From positions 131,368-163,367 of the forward strand of contig CALADQ010000026.1 in assembly GCA_937890765.1 (NCBI GenBank): DNA of 32,000 nucleotides. The letters are read 5' to 3'. Numbering within the stretch: position 1 is the first letter of the stretch; each line of letters begins with the position of its first letter. This document shows, in pieces, positions 28,660 through 32,000 of this stretch. This stretch comes from an uncultured Candidatus Neoarthromitus sp. (GTDB lineage Bacteria; Bacillota; Clostridia; Clostridiales; Clostridiaceae). Below the pieces are notes generated by a model. It ran no database searches. It was not told where the DNA came from and saw only the letters and a list, made by a program, of their open reading frames with translations. The translations under genes and the position numbers were made by a program.

Positions 28660-29896
28660 AGTCAACTTCGCTCCTAACATACCCTAAAATCATCCAAAAT
28701 ATTATTCCAATTAAACTAGGTGTATATATCAAAACAGATTCAAACATTCCAACAAATAATAAACTCAATACAGCTGAATACAAAACTGTGTAATCAAAAT
28801 TATTCAAGTTCTTCATTAAAATTTTGTAAGTCTTAATTAAATACGTAACAACAAAACACGAAATAAGCGTAAACGCAACTGAACCATACGACAAAAGAAC
28901 ATCTAAAAACGTATTATGCGTTCCACCTTCCTTAGCACCAGACAAAAATCTAATCGTGCTATTTATAAGCGTACTAATTGAATCTGTTTTTGAATATCCA
29001 AATAAAAATTTATCCTTTATTATGTAAAAAACCTGTTCCCAAATTTCATATCTTCCATTCAATAAAACAACAAGAATATCTTTATTGAACAAAAACAAAT
29101 ATACAGATGCTAAAAGAAAAACAAGTGAAGATAAAATCATAATCCATTTATTTTTAAATGTAATTGCAGTAAATACAAAACAAAATACCAAAAAAGCAAT
29201 CACAGCACTTCTAGCATTAACCAAAAACAACATTATAACAGATAAAACAATATTTATTATAGCAATTTGTTTAAAAACAACTCCCTTATAATAACTCAAA
29301 AATATAAACGAAAAAACTATACCTATAAAACACATTATACCCAATATGTTTTCATTATCATAAATGCCCGTGAAAGATCCATTAAAATGAATGCCATAAA
29401 CTTTATTCAAAACAATTCTAATTTTAAAAATATAAACAATTATGCTAAATACATGTGATATCAAACACAATCCCAATATCACTGAAGACAATATTTTCAA
29501 TTTTACATAAACATTATCTCTTAAAATATTAAAAAATATGAAAAACTGAAATATACCTAAAATTATAAATTTAATCTCATTTATATATTCAGACAAACTA
29601 TATGAATTTAAATACATCGTAACGAACGTTGAAAGTACAAATAAAATAAAAATCATATTAAAAAAATCAACTTTATATTTCTTAGAAAATAATTCAAAAA
29701 TAAAAATAAGTGCAAATATTAAATAAAATAAATAATTAAATATGCTAACTAAAAATGTTAATTCCCCAACTATACTGACATAAGAAAAATTAAATATTAA
29801 ATATGCTAACGTTATATAAAACTTAATCATGTTAAAATCAAGCACAAATGAATCATTTTTCTTATTAACAAATGGTAACCTCAATTGCTTAAACAA
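28637..29896 (-). CDS. O-antigen ligase / Wzy-type polysaccharide polymerase family membrane protein
   Basis: 419 aa polytopic protein. RYEIWEQVFYIIKDKFLFGYSKTDS...GGTHNTFLDVLLSYG matches the Wzy_C/O-antigen ligase pattern. Confidence 0.8.
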   Translation of the reverse strand: MFKQLRLPFVNKKNDSFVLDFNMIKFYITLAYLIFNFSYVSIVGELTFLVSIFNYLFYLIFALIFIFELFSKKYKVDFFNMIFILFVLSTFVTMYLNSYSLSEYINEIKFIILGIFQFFIFFNILRDNVYVKLKILSSVILGLCLISHVFSIIVYIFKIRIVLNKVYGIHFNGSFTGIYDNENILGIMCFIGIVFSFIFLSYYKGVVFKQIAIINIVLSVIMLFLVNARSAVIAFLVFCFVFTAITFKNKWIMILSSLVFLLASVYLFLFNKDILVVLLNGRYEIWEQVFYIIKDKFLFGYSKTDSISTLINSTIRFLSGAKEGGTHNTFLDVLLSYGSVAFTLISCFVVTYLIKTYKILMKNLNNFDYTVLYSAVLSLLFVGMFESVLIYTPSLIGIIFWMILGYVRSEVDFKSRSRV

Positions 29897-31056
29897 TTTT
29901 TATACACGTCCTTTAGTTTATCTATAATATTAGTCTTTTCAAAATTTTCAAGAAAATATTCCCTAATCTTAACACTGTTGTAAAATTTATAGTTTTTAAT
30001 CATATCAATCATGGCATTTGATATTTTAACTTCATCACACTCATCAATTAATATACCAAAATCACCACTCCGTATAATTTCTTCCGCTCCACCATTTTTA
30101 ACACAAATTACAGGTTTCCCACACGCAAGAGATTCTATATAAACAACGCCAAAAGTTTCGTATCCAGAAACCATAATAAATGAATGGCATTCATTCATCT
30201 TTATAACAACTTCTTCTCTACCTAACATTCCTAAAAATTTAACATTCTCTATTAAATTATTTGCAACAACTTGACTTTCCAATTCATCTCTTAAATAACC
30301 ATCTCCACCAATTTCCAAAACAAACTCATATCCAGAATCTCGTAAAATTTTGCATGCTTTAATTAAATCGACAAATCCTTTTCCATCAACTAAAAACGCC
30401 AATGAAAAAAATTTAAAAACATTTCCGCAAGACTTTAAATTATCAATTGGCTTAAAAATTTTACCATCTAAAAAATTATGTATAACATATAATTTTTCAT
30501 TGTTAGATATCAATTTCAATTCATTTTTCAATGAATTACTAACAGCAATAAGCACAGAAGAATTATCATAAGCACTTTTTATTTTCTTCATGTATTTAGA
30601 TTTAATATATTTCGAACTAGAAATTCCAGTATGTTCAGTGATAATATACGGAATTTTGAATTTAGATTTAATATATTCAGCGCACATTCCAGCCCAAAAG
30701 CACGAGTGAAAATGAAACAAATCAATTTTGCCTTTTTCAATTTTAATTTTTTTTATGAGTTTCTCAAGCCTTTTTGCAAAAAACAAAAACCTAGCGTTAC
30801 TATGAAAATAGTAATTATAATCTCTATATCTGTAAGTATCTAATCCGTGTTCTGATTTTCTAACTATCTTATTTTTAAAAATCATTTTAAAATTTTTATA
30901 CTTATACAAAGGAACTATCTCATTGTAAGCTATTGTAACATTTATCCCTGCCTCGCTTAACGCTTTGGCCTGTTCTCTAAAAAAACTTCCTAAAACGTTA
31001 TTTTCATCATTAGAATACCACGAAGGAATTATAACAACATGCATAAAACACCTCAT
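29881..31056 (-). CDS. Glycosyltransferase, GT4 family
   Basis: 391 aa. HVVIIPSWYSNDENNVLGSFFREQAKALSEAGINV and SGYETFGVVYIESLACGKPVICVKNGG. Confidence 0.93.
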   Translation of the reverse strand: MRCFMHVVIIPSWYSNDENNVLGSFFREQAKALSEAGINVTIAYNEIVPLYKYKNFKMIFKNKIVRKSEHGLDTYRYRDYNYYFHSNARFLFFAKRLEKLIKKIKIEKGKIDLFHFHSCFWAGMCAEYIKSKFKIPYIITEHTGISSSKYIKSKYMKKIKSAYDNSSVLIAVSNSLKNELKLISNNEKLYVIHNFLDGKIFKPIDNLKSCGNVFKFFSLAFLVDGKGFVDLIKACKILRDSGYEFVLEIGGDGYLRDELESQVVANNLIENVKFLGMLGREEVVIKMNECHSFIMVSGYETFGVVYIESLACGKPVICVKNGGAEEIIRSGDFGILIDECDEVKISNAMIDMIKNYKFYNSVKIREYFLENFEKTNIIDKLKDVYKNCLSN

Positions 31057-32000
31057 CTAATTTTGAAAAACTTTATTTAATTTTTTCAATATCACATCTC
31101 CATTAAAATTATTTCTAAAAAATTTCTTATCCAAATCAAAATCATCTATAATATGTAAAATATTTTTCAAAATGTCATCACAATTATTTAAACAACACAA
31201 AATACCATCTAAATTTTTAACTAAATCATACATTGGATCTTCAAAACTTTCTAAGACAACCAAAATATATCCACAACTTCCCATGTAATCATAAATTTTA
31301 GCAGGTATTTGTTTAAATTCTTTGTTACCAAATATTATTAAAACCTCAGCATTCACAATTAAATTCACAACTTTCATATACGAAACTCTAGGTTTGAAAT
31401 TTATATAATTCCTACTCGCAATTAAATTTAATTGTTCTTCATCATTCACATTTCCAAAAAAATTCAAATTTATTTTTTCAAATTTATCACGATATTTGTC
31501 TCGCAAAACATCCATAGCTTCAACAAAAAATTTTGTTTCCCTTATACCTTTAACAACATCACCCGCATGCAAAAAATTTATTTTACCCTTAACATAATCA
31601 TCAGGATAAAATTTTTTTGCATCACTATAAAATTTTTCATCAAATCCACGATGTATCAATTCCATTTCATTGTGACTTATACCATATTTGCTTGCATAAT
31701 ATTCAAAATTTTTTTCAGTAACAAACAAAAATTTATCGCTATTTCTCACAATTAATTTTTCAAAATTCAAATTCACAAATCTCGTAAAAAATGATTTGTT
31801 TTTCCTTCCAACTTCATCGCAATAAGGATCACTAAAATATGAGACTAATTTCACATCATTTTTAAATTTGCGTTTCATAATTTTTTTTATCCTGTAACTG
31901 CATATAAGACTTGATGGAGGTTCGTGCATCCCCAAAATAATATCAAAATTCAGATTTTGAATTTTGTTTTCAAAATAACTTACAGCTTTATTTATCCAAG
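31057..32000 (-). CDS. Glycosyltransferase-like protein, N-terminus beyond the window edge
   Basis: The ORF track starts at TTG 31935, but the frame stays open to the edge (WINKAVSYFENKIQNLNFDIILGMHEPPSS...). Contains KIPAKIYDYMGSCGYILVVLE-type GT sequence. Confidence 0.75.
   Translation of the reverse strand, partial: WINKAVSYFENKIQNLNFDIILGMHEPPSSLICSYRIKKIMKRKFKNDVKLVSYFSDPYCDEVGRKNKSFFTRFVNLNFEKLIVRNSDKFLFVTEKNFEYYASKYGISHNEMELIHRGFDEKFYSDAKKFYPDDYVKGKINFLHAGDVVKGIRETKFFVEAMDVLRDKYRDKFEKINLNFFGNVNDEEQLNLIASRNYINFKPRVSYMKVVNLIVNAEVLIIFGNKEFKQIPAKIYDYMGSCGYILVVLESFEDPMYDLVKNLDGILCCLNNCDDILKNILHIIDDFDLDKKFFRNNFNGDVILKKLNKVFQN

Overview
This is a low-GC, Firmicutes-like chromosomal window, mostly housekeeping and cell-envelope genes on the minus strand. 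The core is a compact dcw-type division and peptidoglycan cluster: rsmH, ftsL, PASTA-PBP, murE, murF, mraY, ftsW, divIB/ftsQ, sepF, ylmH, divIVA, an RluA-family synthase and a second sepF (about 19607 down to 6461). It is flanked by an HtrA-like protease, a small lipoprotein, an Hsp33 gene, a tRNA-Asp/Phe/Cys group, a paired M16 peptidase operon, a heterodimeric ABC exporter, ychF, a PdaA-like deacetylase and polysaccharide/glycosyltransferase genes at both edges. The most notable features are a well-supported selenocysteine tRNA (22319-22415, +) behind a perfect TTGACA-N17-TATAAT promoter, with no sel genes in the window; two SepF paralogs bracketing ylmH-divIVA-rluD; a reduced dcw gene order; and an uncharacterised secreted protein with a DUF4214-like C-terminus. 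I found no CRISPR array, transposase, prophage, toxin-antitoxin or recognisable defence system, and no convincing evidence of a new multi-gene system.
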